Assembly (NCBI RefSeq): GCF_902652985.1
Contig: NW_022979257.1
Coordinates: forward strand, 1-60,056
Direction of reading: 5' to 3'
Source: Pecten maximus
Lineage: Eukaryota
DNA: 60,056 nucleotides
The notes beneath the pieces were generated by a model. The model ran no database searches. It was not told where the DNA came from and saw only the letters and a program-made list of their open reading frames with translations. Below, piece by piece: positions 40,707 to 52,544 of this stretch. Both the position numbers and the translations under genes were made by a program. Position 1 is the first letter of the stretch; each line of letters begins with the position of its first letter.

Positions 40707-41710
40707 ATGACTGGTAAGTATAATTATATTACCAAACGAATATTTCTGGTTTATTTACATTTTACTGATGACCTCACTGATATTCTTTTTACAATTCCAC
40801 AGCAAGAAATCATTTCCGTGTAAATTTGTATTTTATAAACAGCTCCCTAACTGTAGAAATGCCTAAATTTCCGTAGAAATGATCACATTTACATTTAAGC
40901 TGTCACACAGTTCTGACCCGGACACGATTGTATTAAAATTTTGCATTCGTTGCTTCTTTGACTTTGAGTGGTCGGGTGGTACAGTGGTAACACACTTTCC
41001 TTATACCAAGGTGGCCGGAGTTCGATTCCACGATCGGACGTGAAAGGGTATGGGGTCACCTGCCCGACTACATTGGTTTTCCCCGGGGGCGCCGTTTTCC
41101 TCCCACAGTAAGACCCTCCCGCGTTTCAATCCGGGCCAACAAGCGTGATTAATATAATGTAATATAAGTTGGTATAACTTGTTTCGCAATTGTTGTAAAA
41201 TAAATAAAGTTTACATTACATTTGAAATATAGGTCACAGTAACCCGTACAAATTAGATAGGTGGGCATATGTAACTGATTACAATAGCAAATTATCTTCT
41301 TTATTTGAAATTTGGTTTCAGACGGTAAGAAGACATATTACCGCCACACAACTAAGGACGGAGCCGCAAAAATATTACAGTCAGGGTACATCAAGCAATC
41401 AACTGATACGAAAACAGATGCTGCGTATGGTCCCGGTACCCACCTTACCAGAATGGGCCCGGACAAGTCCCAGAGTGATATAGCAAAGAATAACTATGAC
41501 GGAGTCAACAATCGGTTCGCAGATATAATGATGAAGGAAGGTCAAACAGACGTGGCCATAGCCATTGATCTGCCCAGCACTAAGGTTACCAAGGCGAATT
41601 CAGATCGCGACATGTATGTGTCGCCGGGAGATGTTACCATAAAGGACAAAAATCCAAGGGTTTATGTGAGGGATAAGGATGGAAAGGCTCAGGAGTTCAA
41701 ACCCAAGTAG
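40707..41710 (+). CDS. ART type-A copy A5 with substituted NAD-binding motifs; join(40707..40713,41322..41710), ~131 aa
   Basis: Intact frame and splice sites, but YYHHT>YYRHT and GTYLT>GTHLT. Confidence 0.8.
40968..41212 (+). mobile_element. SINE copy in intron of A5
   Basis: Same element and position as in A2. Confidence 0.7.
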
Positions 41711-44112
41711 AAAATGAAACCCTCGAGTACTGGTACACACGATTTCTTTCCTGTTGTCTTTGAAATAAATACTAAATTTTCTCTCTAAAAAATGAAATCT
41801 TCAAACTTGAAAGGCGGAAATAGTTTTTGTTAATGTGTGAAGAATTTAAAAAAAAAAATTTAAAAAAAATAAAATGTTGATGTATAGAAAGGAGCTGCAG
41901 TAACAACATACTTTCTAATCATTTTCGTATATTTTAATAACTGAAATTTGAAAACAACATTGAAAAGGACATGAAATACTTGTGTGTTTACTCTGAATCG
42001 GCGCAACTACTCATAAGAACAAAACGTACAACTGACTGTTGGTCGAGTGAAAACAAGAAAAGACTCTTTAAAAAAGCCTTAATTTTATTTCAACTCTATT
42101 AGGACTGTTATAATTATAAGTGTATTTTGATGGCTAAACAAAACAACATGGAAATAGCATGATCATGTATAGATAATACCTAATCAAACTGGATAGAAGC
42201 TTGTCTCCTCAGTTTTTACGACTCTTTGATAATAAACAGGTCTAATTACAGATTTCCACGATCTGTAGATAGAACTTGGGTAGTCTAACCGATTGGTCAA
42301 TGTAGAAATGGAGAAAAAAAAAACAATGCAATTCATCATCAATTGGATTACAGGTTGAATTTTTTTCTCAACCAGAAGAACTTACCGTCTAAAAAATATC
42401 TGAGAAAATTTATAAGCTGGTATCATCTTTAAATATGAATTCAATAATAGAAAAAATTCTTCTGATAGATATTTCAAAATTCAATGGATTATGTACATAT
42501 GCTCTCTCTAATTTACGATGTAATGACATGATTAGTTATATCTTTGGTTGAATAATAGCCCGAAAAACCTTTATGTTATTATTTTATTGTCCAGACAATT
42601 GAATCTTCACAATCAGTTTCTTTAAACGACAATAAAACTTTCGTATTTGGATGGAAACTTGTCATGTTTTAAATTAGTATTTTGTATTATACCCACCCAT
42701 TTCGTTTTTGAAAAAGCTAGTCCTATTTCGTAAAACGTTTATTGTTACCTTATCAATCTGATAGGGGGTTTACACCTTCAAGTTATTACATAATGAATAT
42801 TCACCTAATACAGAAAGTCTGAAATTAAATCACATGTCATGAGATTGACCTTTAATGACGAAAATTTGTCTGACACCCATATATATTTAGCGGATAATGT
42901 TTCAACCTTCTTTAATTTGATGTTTTTACCATGGTTATATTCCCAAAACTGTTATTTCAATGCCACCCCTTAATAAAATTTATATTCAGTTTCTGTCGAT
43001 ATTCATTCCTGGGTTACATAGTGGAAGTATCATGAGAGATGAAGAACATTGAAATCAAATTATTTTTGAACGTAAAACAGCGAGATATGCAGAGATCTGG
43101 CCCGATTGTCCAACTAACGGTTCAAAAACATGTTTTATATACATGTATGTGTATTATAAAATAGCGAGAATTGCAGGGACTTCCTACTCCGAATTCTGAA
43201 CGTTTCTTCCACATATTATATACATGTATGTGTATCACATATAGTATTTGATTATGGACTGTTGGATGGGAATTCTATCCAAGTCTGTGCATGTCTCGTC
43301 AGCGTCCAACTACACCGCATACTGTGACATAATTACATTTTCAAGTTAAGTTCAAGGAAAATAACTTGAATTTTTCAGTATAATAATTAGGTTATGGCAT
43401 ACCTTGATTTTTATATATGATGAATTGAATATTTTCATTACCACAAATATAAAGACATCAAAATATCGTTCCCTGTTACATGAATTAGTCAGGATATTTG
43501 CCTGGCAGATTCTTGTGGTTTTGCGTAAAAGCCAAGAAACGAATATTTTTCACCTGATATGAAATAGTCGAAAATTCGGATGTTTTTTTTATAGTTAACA
43601 GCTAGATCGGCCTTCAAGATGGATTATAGGTAATATCGAATGTCAAGTCGAGAGAATGTTGAAGTATTTGCCATGTACCATCTGAATAAGAAAGCGGTCA
43701 TCAGAAACAGGGGCAAAGATATTATATAGATTAGTAAAAATGTTGAGGCATAGAAGGGAGCTGTAGTTAACACATACTTTGTAGTCATTTTCGTATTTGG
43801 ATAACTGATATTCATAATGCAGTCGAACGGTTATGTGCCCTAATGTTCCCATAGTTACATATACACACACGCTGTGATAGCCGTCCGCCAGCATTCCTGG
43901 ACTTCAAAAAGGCAGGTATGTATATATCATAATACAAGTGTACCATCATTTAAATGAATGTTGTCATATATCGTCATCAAGATTTCTGCAATGATATTCA
44001 TCTGAAATTATTAATTTTACCAAACACTTTTATTACTTATGACCAAAAAAGACTGTCTGATGTAGCATAGTGACACATATATTATTTCATTTCTTAAAAC
44101 TAAATTTCTTAA

Positions 44113-44586
44113 AGAGGCTTACCCGCAGACGGACCGGTAAACGGCACATCTCCGATCACTAAATAAACTTCAGTACACGTTTCTATGTGACAAAATTAGA
44201 GGCTTTCCGACTTTATTTCTTGAAAACAATTACAGAATATATATTTAAAAGACGTTTTAAAACTCAACCTGAGAGGGAAATGTATGGAATATAACGGTAA
44301 ATCTTCTTTGTAAATCGCCGCTGCCTTTGAAGTTATCACTGTGCGGCACTGTGCACGTGCTTGTTTCTTTGATGTGTCAATCAAATTAGACTCCACTTTA
44401 TAGCGGAGACTTATTGCGGTTTGCGATTAAATAAATAATATTTTTAAAAAATGAGGTTTTAATATCACTTTTCAGCGTTTTATAAGGAAAATAAAATGAA
44501 AAACTCAACAATTCCAACAATCTGTCATGTGTAAAAAATCTTTTTCTATTAGCCAATTTTCCTGATCTCTCTGCGGGCAAGAATCT
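44113..44586. mobile_element. Kolobok-like MITE with TTAA TSD
   Basis: TTAA|AGAGGCTTACCCGCAGA ... TCTGCGGGCAAGAATCT|TTAA (14/17 TIR match); empty site tttcttaaactaacag at ~5075. Confidence 0.8.
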
Positions 44587-45369
44587 TTAAACTAACAGTA
44601 ACTTAATACCCGAAATAACGGTTTCATGCTAAATATGAATTGAAGATAAAAGTAGTTGATTTGATATTTACTGGTTCTAACGACTCGTGTCTAGAATGTA
44701 ACAATCATATTTTCGGAGTCGTCTAACTAGAAGCATAATCCAAGTCAAACTCCAATGACTATGTCTCTATATATTCTGTGTTAATAAATAAAAATACTAG
44801 AATATGGTACCGAAAGTATATTAATATATTAATGTTATTAATCTCACCAAAATCTTTTATTACTAATGAAAAAAAAAACTTATTTGTGTAGCGTAGTGAA
44901 AGCTCATGGCGAACAAACCTATATGTTAATTTATTTTTTCCAATAATTTCGTAACTTAACAGTAACCTAAGATCCACAATAATGGTCTTGTCCTCAAGCT
45001 GAATAGGAATTAAAGACAAAAGTCGTAGATTTGATTCCCCCTGGTTCTAACGACTCATGTCTAGACATGTAACAATAACGCTTTCGGGGCACGAGGAAAG
45101 TATGTTTTTGAAACAAATTAAAACGAATTTGTCTGTTCAAATAAGGGGAGGGCAGATTCTATGATTAACTGGTTATTTATTTACTTGTTCATTGTACCTG
45201 TAAAAGGACGAGTGTATAATCAACTCAATGCTACCATTTTTAACATGATAAATGTTAAGAAATAAATTCGTTGTTTGTGAATGCCCAATGATGTGTCGTC
45301 AACACTTGAAAAGAATATGAATCGTGGGAACAATATTCCATCTTACTAACGGATAAGATTTGGTACATT

Positions 45370-45680
45370 TTGTGTCGCCTTGAAAAGGTCGTCGGTGTTG
45401 GTGTCGGCGTCGGCGTCGGCGGCTGCGGCTGTGGCGTCGTCAGCACAATGGTTTCAATGCAATAACTTGAGTTCCCTTTGGTCAATCAAACTCAAATTTC
45501 ATACAGTGCTTCCTTAACAAAAGTGCTTGCCAGTGATTGCTTCCCAAGTTCAAAGGTCAAAGGTCAAGGTCACTGTTACTATTAATAGGAAGTTGGTTTC
45601 CGTGCAATAACTTGATTTCCCTATGGCAAATCAAACTCAAACTTCATACAGTGCTTCCTTACCAAAAGTGCTTGCGTGGG
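45370..45680. repeat. Interspersed repeat fragment with GGCGTC microsatellite and GGTCAAAGGTCAAGGTCA motif (Helentron/HINE-like)
   Basis: Start of a composite insertion (~45370-48248) absent from the paralog at ~7875; internal duplicated aatcaaactcaaa.ttcatacagtgcttcctta unit. Confidence 0.5.
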
Positions 45681-45958
45681 AAAAGGTCTTACTACAGCCA
45701 TCACAAACCAGTATGGATAGCACAATGATGACATGTTAGAAGTTCTGTACATAAATGTAGTTAAATGTTCTTGCAGTCAATAAATGCTAACAACGACTTC
45801 ACTCATCATGTCTACAAAACCATTCCAATTGATGTGTGTACATAACGTCGTTAGAATTAGGACTAGGGTTAAATGTCAGTCATCTGATGAGTTGGCAACA
45901 GGTGAGAAATCTGAATACACAGTTCACCTGTATATTCATAACACTGGTTTAAGAATAA

Positions 45959-47846
45959 AGGAGCCTGAAGTTGGTTCCGAGTTCCGTTTAAGAAAAACTG
46001 AACTAGGAACCAGTTCCGAGTTCCGTTTAAGTAAAACGGAACTGGGAACCAGTTCCGAGTTCCGTTTAATAAAAACTGAAATACTATGAATTAGCTTTAT
46101 TGATTAAGGTCCCAGTTCCGAGTTCCGTTTAAGAAAAACTGAAATGCTATATATTAGCTTTATTGGTTTTGGTCCCAGTTCCGAGTTCCGTTTAAGAAAA
46201 ACTGGAATACTATGTATTAGCTTTATTGGTTTTGGTCCCAGTTCCGAGTTCCGTTTAAGAAAAACTGAAATACTATGTATTAGCTTTATTGGTTTTGGTC
46301 CCAGTTCCGAGTTCCGTTTAAGTAAAACGGAACAGGGAACCAGTTCCGAGTTCCGTTTAAGGATAACAACACGTCTGGTGTTGTAAAATTACGAGAAATT
46401 GTTGTGTTGTAACCTCCAAGAGAGAATGTTACAACGCAGTTTTCGTTCATGGTACATTTCCTTTTTTTACCCTTTCGTAAATTACAAGTAGCTTTCTAGA
46501 TATCGCGAAATGTGGGTCCATGGAGGGAGATATGAGTTTTTATTTGTAGTTAATGTATCTATATGTGTGAAGTTAAAGTACACAAACAAAGCAATAACTG
46601 CAAAGTATATTTCATACACCATTTTGTTTTTCAATATGGATTCTACTGTTTAGGTGAAATGTCTATATGACGACTGGGAAAAAATCTTTAATTGGTATTA
46701 CTGAAGTTTTATTCAACACAAATAAAAAAAAATACAATTTCATTGAATAATATTGAACAGTTCTTTCATGGGCACCTGGAAACATAGAAATACGCGGGGT
46801 AGCAAGAAACTTCTAAGGAGCTGTTGCCAAAGGCCTTCCTTGTTATTCGCTGTCAATGATTAGACTAAATGATTAGATTAAATCTACAATTTGTGATATC
46901 ACTAATTCGAATATATGGTATCATTAAATGATTTAACGATATCATGAATTCTAATTGATGATATCATTTAGTGAATAAATTACATCAACAATTCGTATTG
47001 ATATCACTTTATTCCTTGAATTAATGATATCAATAATGGAATTATTCATATAAATAAATCGAATAAATGATAACCATTAATTATGTCGCCCCGGTAAGTT
47101 TCGGAGAGACATATTGCTTTGTTCCCGCGAGGAGGGGATGCTTGGGATTGCATTTGAGTTTTGTAAGTCAGAGCTCACATGATCTGCTACTGAAAATATT
47201 AAATTTATTCATACGTTTGTTTCCGTGCGATAACTTGTATTCTTGTTAACAAATCGTCTCCATTTAAAAAAAAATAATTTGTATTTATTTTGTTTTTCAA
47301 GATTTTCAGCATAGTCAAATACCAAAATATAACCCATATAACCTTATCTTAAACGGAACTCGGAACTGGGACCAAAACCAATAAAGCTAATGCATAGTAT
47401 TTCAGTTTTTCTTAAACGGAACTCGGAACTGGGACCAAAACCAATAAAGCTAATACATAATATTTCAGTTTTTCTTAAACGGAACTCGGAACTGGGACCA
47501 AAACCCGTAAAGCTTATAAATACCAACATTACCTTAAACGGAACTCGGAACTGGTTCGGTTCCGAGTTCCGTTTTACTTAAACGGAACTCTGAACTGGTT
47601 CCTAGTTCCGTTTATCTTAAACGGAACTCGGAACTGGGACTAAAATCAAAAAAAGCTAATACATAATATTTCAGTTTTTCTTAAACGGAACTCGGAACTG
47701 GGACCTTAATCAATAAGGCTAATACATAGTAATTCAGTTTTTCTTAAACGGAACTCGGAACTGGGACCTTAATCAATAAAGCTAATTCATAGTATTTCCG
47801 TTTTACTTAAACGGAACTCGGAACTCGGAACCAACTTCAGCCTCCC
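45959..47846. mobile_element. Foldback-type non-autonomous element with 9-bp TSD (MULE/Foldback-like)
   Basis: TSD TAAGAATAA at 45950-45958 and 47847-47855; termini RGGAG(C/G)CTGAAGTTGGTTCCG; arms built from 63-bp and 39-bp tandem units in inverted orientation. Confidence 0.85.
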
Positions 47847-48695
47847 TAAGAATAATCACTGCAATAATAATTAATTCACACGGGGTTTTGCGCAAAGATT
47901 GCGTTTGATATCAATTATTATTACTACTCAAATTTATTAAATGTTGTGCATTTGTTGTTTTTCTGCTTATAAATGTTCACCAAGGGAAATAAAATCAGAT
48001 CCTGAAAATGTTTTTATTTTTACTTAAAACCGATGGATCTATATATTTCCAATTTTTGTGTCGCCTTTTTCCGAAAAAGGCACCATATAGGTATTACCAT
48101 CATTCGTGAATTCATTCATTGTATGGGAATCCATCCGGCAAGTCATACAAATAATACTTGGAAAAGATACAATGAGTATCCAAGCTGGGTTTTTTTAATT
48201 CATATCCTAGCTGACTGTGCAGGCGACGCATCCACTTCCGTGGCACTCTTGTTTAATCAGTTTAAAATAACTCAAATTGATGTTGGTCAAGTGAAATTCT
48301 CAACAATTCTGCCTCTCAATAATGCGTTGAAACCACGAAGAAAAACACAAGAATATGGTATGGTAGGGACCAAACTAGTAAATATCAAAGTGGAACAGCA
48401 GACATGGGAAGGAAATAAAATGCATTTTTTCATTTCTTTTTTTACCTATCTACCACAGCATTCCGGCGTTCGCTAACCAAATTCAGTGAGGTGTGTAAAG
48501 TTAACCTTTCAGACTGCGTGAACAACAAGTTGTACTTCATTTGATATATACATTAAAAAGCTGAACAATTAAATCCCATTTGTGAATAGTAAATATGATA
48601 TGTAATATATTTGTGATGGTATGTAACAGTTTTCGTATAGTTGCTATATGTTTTATCTCAGGTAACCACTTCTGGGTTCCGTGGGTCAATAAAAC

Positions 48696-49390
48696 TGTCA
48701 AGGCTCGAGTAAGATAGGAACAACCAACGAACTAGATAAGTTTGTTTGTTTATTAGACATAACAGAATATGTACACAACAAGGCCTACATTGAGCACTTT
48801 CTCCAGTCTCCACACTCCCTCATATGCTAACACATTATTAGCTACAGAAATATAGACGACAGACAAGCACATGCTGTAATACATATCGGGGATATAGACG
48901 ACGGACCCGTATCAGATACATATCGACAACGGGAATTTAGAAAGTAATTACATGCTGGTATCTGTTGACCCTCAGTTAGTTTCCGGGCTAAACCTGAGGC
49001 GGGAGTAAACAGAGGCCGCTGAAAAATAAACCGAATAAAGAATGTAGATGACCCAGGCTGAAATATAATGATTTGGACTTACCGAAAGATGCGTTGCACC
49101 ACGCGGGGTCGACAGCCCTGGCACTCAGTTCCCGTGTCAAAACTCCTGACAGGACTAACGAGATACTCGCGAAATCCAAATTATATGGACAAAATGCCCT
49201 CCCCCTTGACCCTGGTACCACCAATTGACCCTAGTTCACCGTGTTCTCCCGGAAATCTCACGCGCCAATACTAAATACTACAACCTATAGGGAAATTCCC
49301 TACTGTCACCAACTGCCGCAAAGAGACGCTAACCAAAACAAACAAACAAGGCAACAGAACTGGCATACACACGGCAGTGCGACACTGACA
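48696..49390 (-). mobile_element. Probable solo LTR in intron of B2
   Basis: TGTCA...TGACA termini and a minus-strand AATAAA near the 3' end; absent from the B1 intron; no TSD recognised. Confidence 0.45.
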
Positions 49391-49624
49391 GGAATAAATC
49401 CATCTCTGCTACATGTATAACATTTTATTTGTCAGTATCTGATATTTCATATATATTCTGAATATATACTCACTTAAATGCAATTGTTGTTGTTTTCTTA
49501 ACTTCCTCCTTCCTTTTCTGAAAATTGAATTTTATCAATGGAATTAATAGTGGTACGTAAAATGAAGATAACATAAATTTCTTAGAATTCCAAACCATCT
49601 TTTTAAAAAGAAATTGAGTTTCAG

Positions 49625-50005
49625 GTGCTAATACCATTGGAACTTATTACCACCACACAAGTCAGGAAAGAATGGAGCAAATTGTACAGTCGGGGTGCAT
49701 CAAGCAATCAACTAACGAGGCAATAGACGCCAGATATGGTTCCGGTGTCTACTTGACAAGCTTGAGCGAATCATGTCCGGCGACCACAGTAGCGAGGAAC
49801 AACTACGGCATTGATGGAAACCAAATGAGGATGGCGGGTAGAACGGACGCCATCATAGCCCTTGATCTGCCCAATAATATGGTCTCCAAGGATTGTCGGA
49901 GACAGACATTTATATGGTGTCGGGAGATATATAACATTAAAGGGCATAAATCACAAGTTGTATGTGAGGGGTGAAGATGGAAGAGCTAGACAAGTATATT
50001 TTTGA
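49625..50005 (+). pseudogene. ART type-B copy B2, frameshifted
   Basis: Acceptor tttcag|GT, then ANTIGTYYHHTS...DARYGSGVYLT...NNYG...IALDLP; frameshifts near 49890 and 49928 disrupt the TDIYMV...YVRGEDG C-terminus. Confidence 0.8.
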
Positions 50006-50187
50006 GAAAATGAACGTTCACTTGCATACATGTTTGTTTCACAGTCCTTTTGAAATATTCTCTTTCTGATATGAAATAAAATCTCGAAAACTGAAAAGGG
50101 TCATTTTTTTTAAAATGAAGGTATTTCATGAAAGAACTGAATGTTAGTAGATATACTAATACAACATCAATACATGTTTGTTGATGT

Positions 50188-50430
50188 ATGACAACAGTAA
50201 CCCGGCGGTATACAGCCACAACAGTACAAATCGTGTCACATGACGGAAATTATATTTGCGAAGGTAAAATAGATGTGATCATTACTGTTGCTGTGTCTAC
50301 CGGAGAGGTTACAAGGGTGGATTCGCATCGCCACATTTATGTGATGTCGGAAGGTTTTACAATAAAGGACACACATCCCAGGGTTCCTGTGAGGGATGAC
50401 GATGGAAAGACTAGGGAGTACAAAGTAGAA
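50188..50430 (+). pseudogene. C-terminal relic C2 of an ART gene
   Basis: EGKIDVIITVAVSTGEVTRVDSHRHIYVMSEGFTIKDTHPRVPVRDDDGKTREYK; N-terminal motifs absent. Confidence 0.75.
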
Positions 50431-51380
50431 ACTGAAACCCTCGATTACTTATACACACTATTCTTCCGTTTTTGCTTTGAATTAAAAACTACATTTTCTC
50501 TTTAATATCTACAGATACAAAATCGAATCTTCAAACTTGAAAGGTGGACATTGTTTCAATTAACCAAAAGCGTGGAAGTGAAGAAGAGAACCAAACAAAA
50601 ATTAAAAATGTTGACGTAAAGAAAGGAGCTGAAGTTAAAATAACATTAAAAAGGACATGAAATACTCTGAATCGGCGCCACTACTTATAAGAATTTTTAA
50701 ATGTCAATTCAATTGTAGATACAATGATTTTGATAAATATTGCAAATTTCCATTGATTCTATACATTCGTTCACTCCAATATACGTGATATGATTAGTTC
50801 GGTCTAATAATAGCCCGAACAAACAGTTATGTTATGTTTTTATTGTGCAGACAATAAAGACTTCACAATCAGTTTCTTTAAGTGACATGAAACTGATTTC
50901 GTCTGTGAATGGAAATGTTTTTAATTAGCAAATATACCAACCGATTTCGTTTTTAAAAACGCTATATACCAATTATAGTATACATTTCTTTTTTTATACA
51001 TATCAATATACAGTTATGAGTTATTAGCTTAACGGGAAAAAAAATCCTCTATGACCAGGCTATGTTACTGTAACCTGCTACATAATACCACATTACCTAG
51101 GTAAAAGCTGACTGACAAATATTTTCATCACTGAATTCTAAACTGAAACCACATTGCTATTTATACACCCACGTCATCAACCAGGACTGTTAGTGAACTG
51201 ATAAATTGCTGACGAATGTTCTATTTTTAGAAATTCACTGAAATCGGATAAAGGAATTCTTTTTCCAGCAGAGGCAGCTTTAGATAATTGAAAATTTACA
51301 GATTAAAGTACAAAGTACATTTTCATAATTACATGTACACAATCATAGTCTTACCAGCCACCATCATACTCGACATCAAA

Positions 51381-52544
51381 ATGACTGGTAAGTATAATTA
51401 TATTACCAAACGAATATTTCTGGTATATATTTACATTTTACTGATGAACTCACTGATATTCTTTTTACAATTCCACAGCAAGAAATCATTTCCGTGTAAA
51501 TTTGTATTTTATAAACAGCTCCCTAACTGTAGAAATGCCTAAATTTCCGTAAAAATGATCACATTTACATTTAAGCTGTCACACAGTTCTGACCCGGACA
51601 CGATTGTATTAAAATTTTGCATTCGTTGCTTCTTTGACTTTGAGTGGTCGGTGGTACAGTGGTAACACACTTTTCTTTTACCATTTTACCAAGGTGGCCG
51701 GGGTTCGATTCCACGATCGGACGTGAAAGGGTATGGGGTCACCTGCCCGACCACATTGGTTTTCCCCTGGGGCGCGGTTTTCCTCCCACAGTAAGACCCT
51801 CGCCCGTTTCAATCCGGGCCGACAAGCGTGATTAATATAATATAATATAAGTTGATAAAACTTGTTTCGCAATTGTTGTAAAATAAATAGAGTTTACATT
51901 ACATTTGAAATATAGGTCACAGTAACCCGTACAAAGTTGAGCGTTAATTGACGGTGGTGTAATTGTTGAAACGTTTTCCCACAGCCATGATTCATCAAAA
52001 CAATGACAAAGACTAAGGAAACAACTAGAACAGTACTAGAACAATATCACCCTCTTTCCTATTGGGGACACAGCAATAAAATAATAGCATGTGATAGTTG
52101 GGCATATGTAACTGATTACAATAGAAAATTATCTTCTTTAATTGAAATTTGGTTTCAGACGGTAAGAAGACGTATTACCACCACACAACTAAGGACGGAG
52201 CCGCACAAATAATACAGTCAGGGTACATCAAGCAATCAACTGATACGAAAACAGATGCTGCGTATGGTCCCGGTACCTATCTTACTAGAATGGGCCCAGA
52301 CAAGTCCCAGATAGATATAGCAAGGAATAACTACGACGGATGCGATCAATTCGCAGATGAAATGCTGAGGGCGGGTAAAACAGACGTGACCATAGCCATT
52401 GATCTGGCCAGCAATCAGGTTACCAGGGCGAAGTCAGATCGTGACATTCATGTGTCGCCGGGAGATGTTACCATAAAGGACAAAAATCCAAGGGTTTATG
52501 TGAGGGGTGAAGATGGAAAGGCTAGGAAGTACAAACTCAAGTAG
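51381..52544 (+). CDS. ART type-A copy A6; join(51381..51387,52159..52544), ~130 aa
   Basis: Intact first exon, acceptor and motifs; the most divergent type-A copy (NNYDGCDQF, RDIHV). Confidence 0.85.
51644..51895 (+). mobile_element. SINE copy in intron of A6
   Basis: Same element and position as in A2. Confidence 0.7.

Noticed and set aside
45975-46360. Regularly spaced AGTTCCGAGTTCCGTTTAAG repeats resembling a CRISPR array
   Set aside because: The spacers are near-identical, the array is mirrored at 47345-47830 inside a TSD-flanked element, no cas genes are present, and the context is eukaryotic.
45784-46386. ORFs with repeated SSEFRLRKTE
   Set aside because: They stay open only because the 63- and 39-bp repeat units are multiples of three.
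48033-48476. 147-aa ORF
   Set aside because: Spans an insertion/host junction; the paralogous region at ~7875-8080 does not support a conserved gene, and no motif was recognised.
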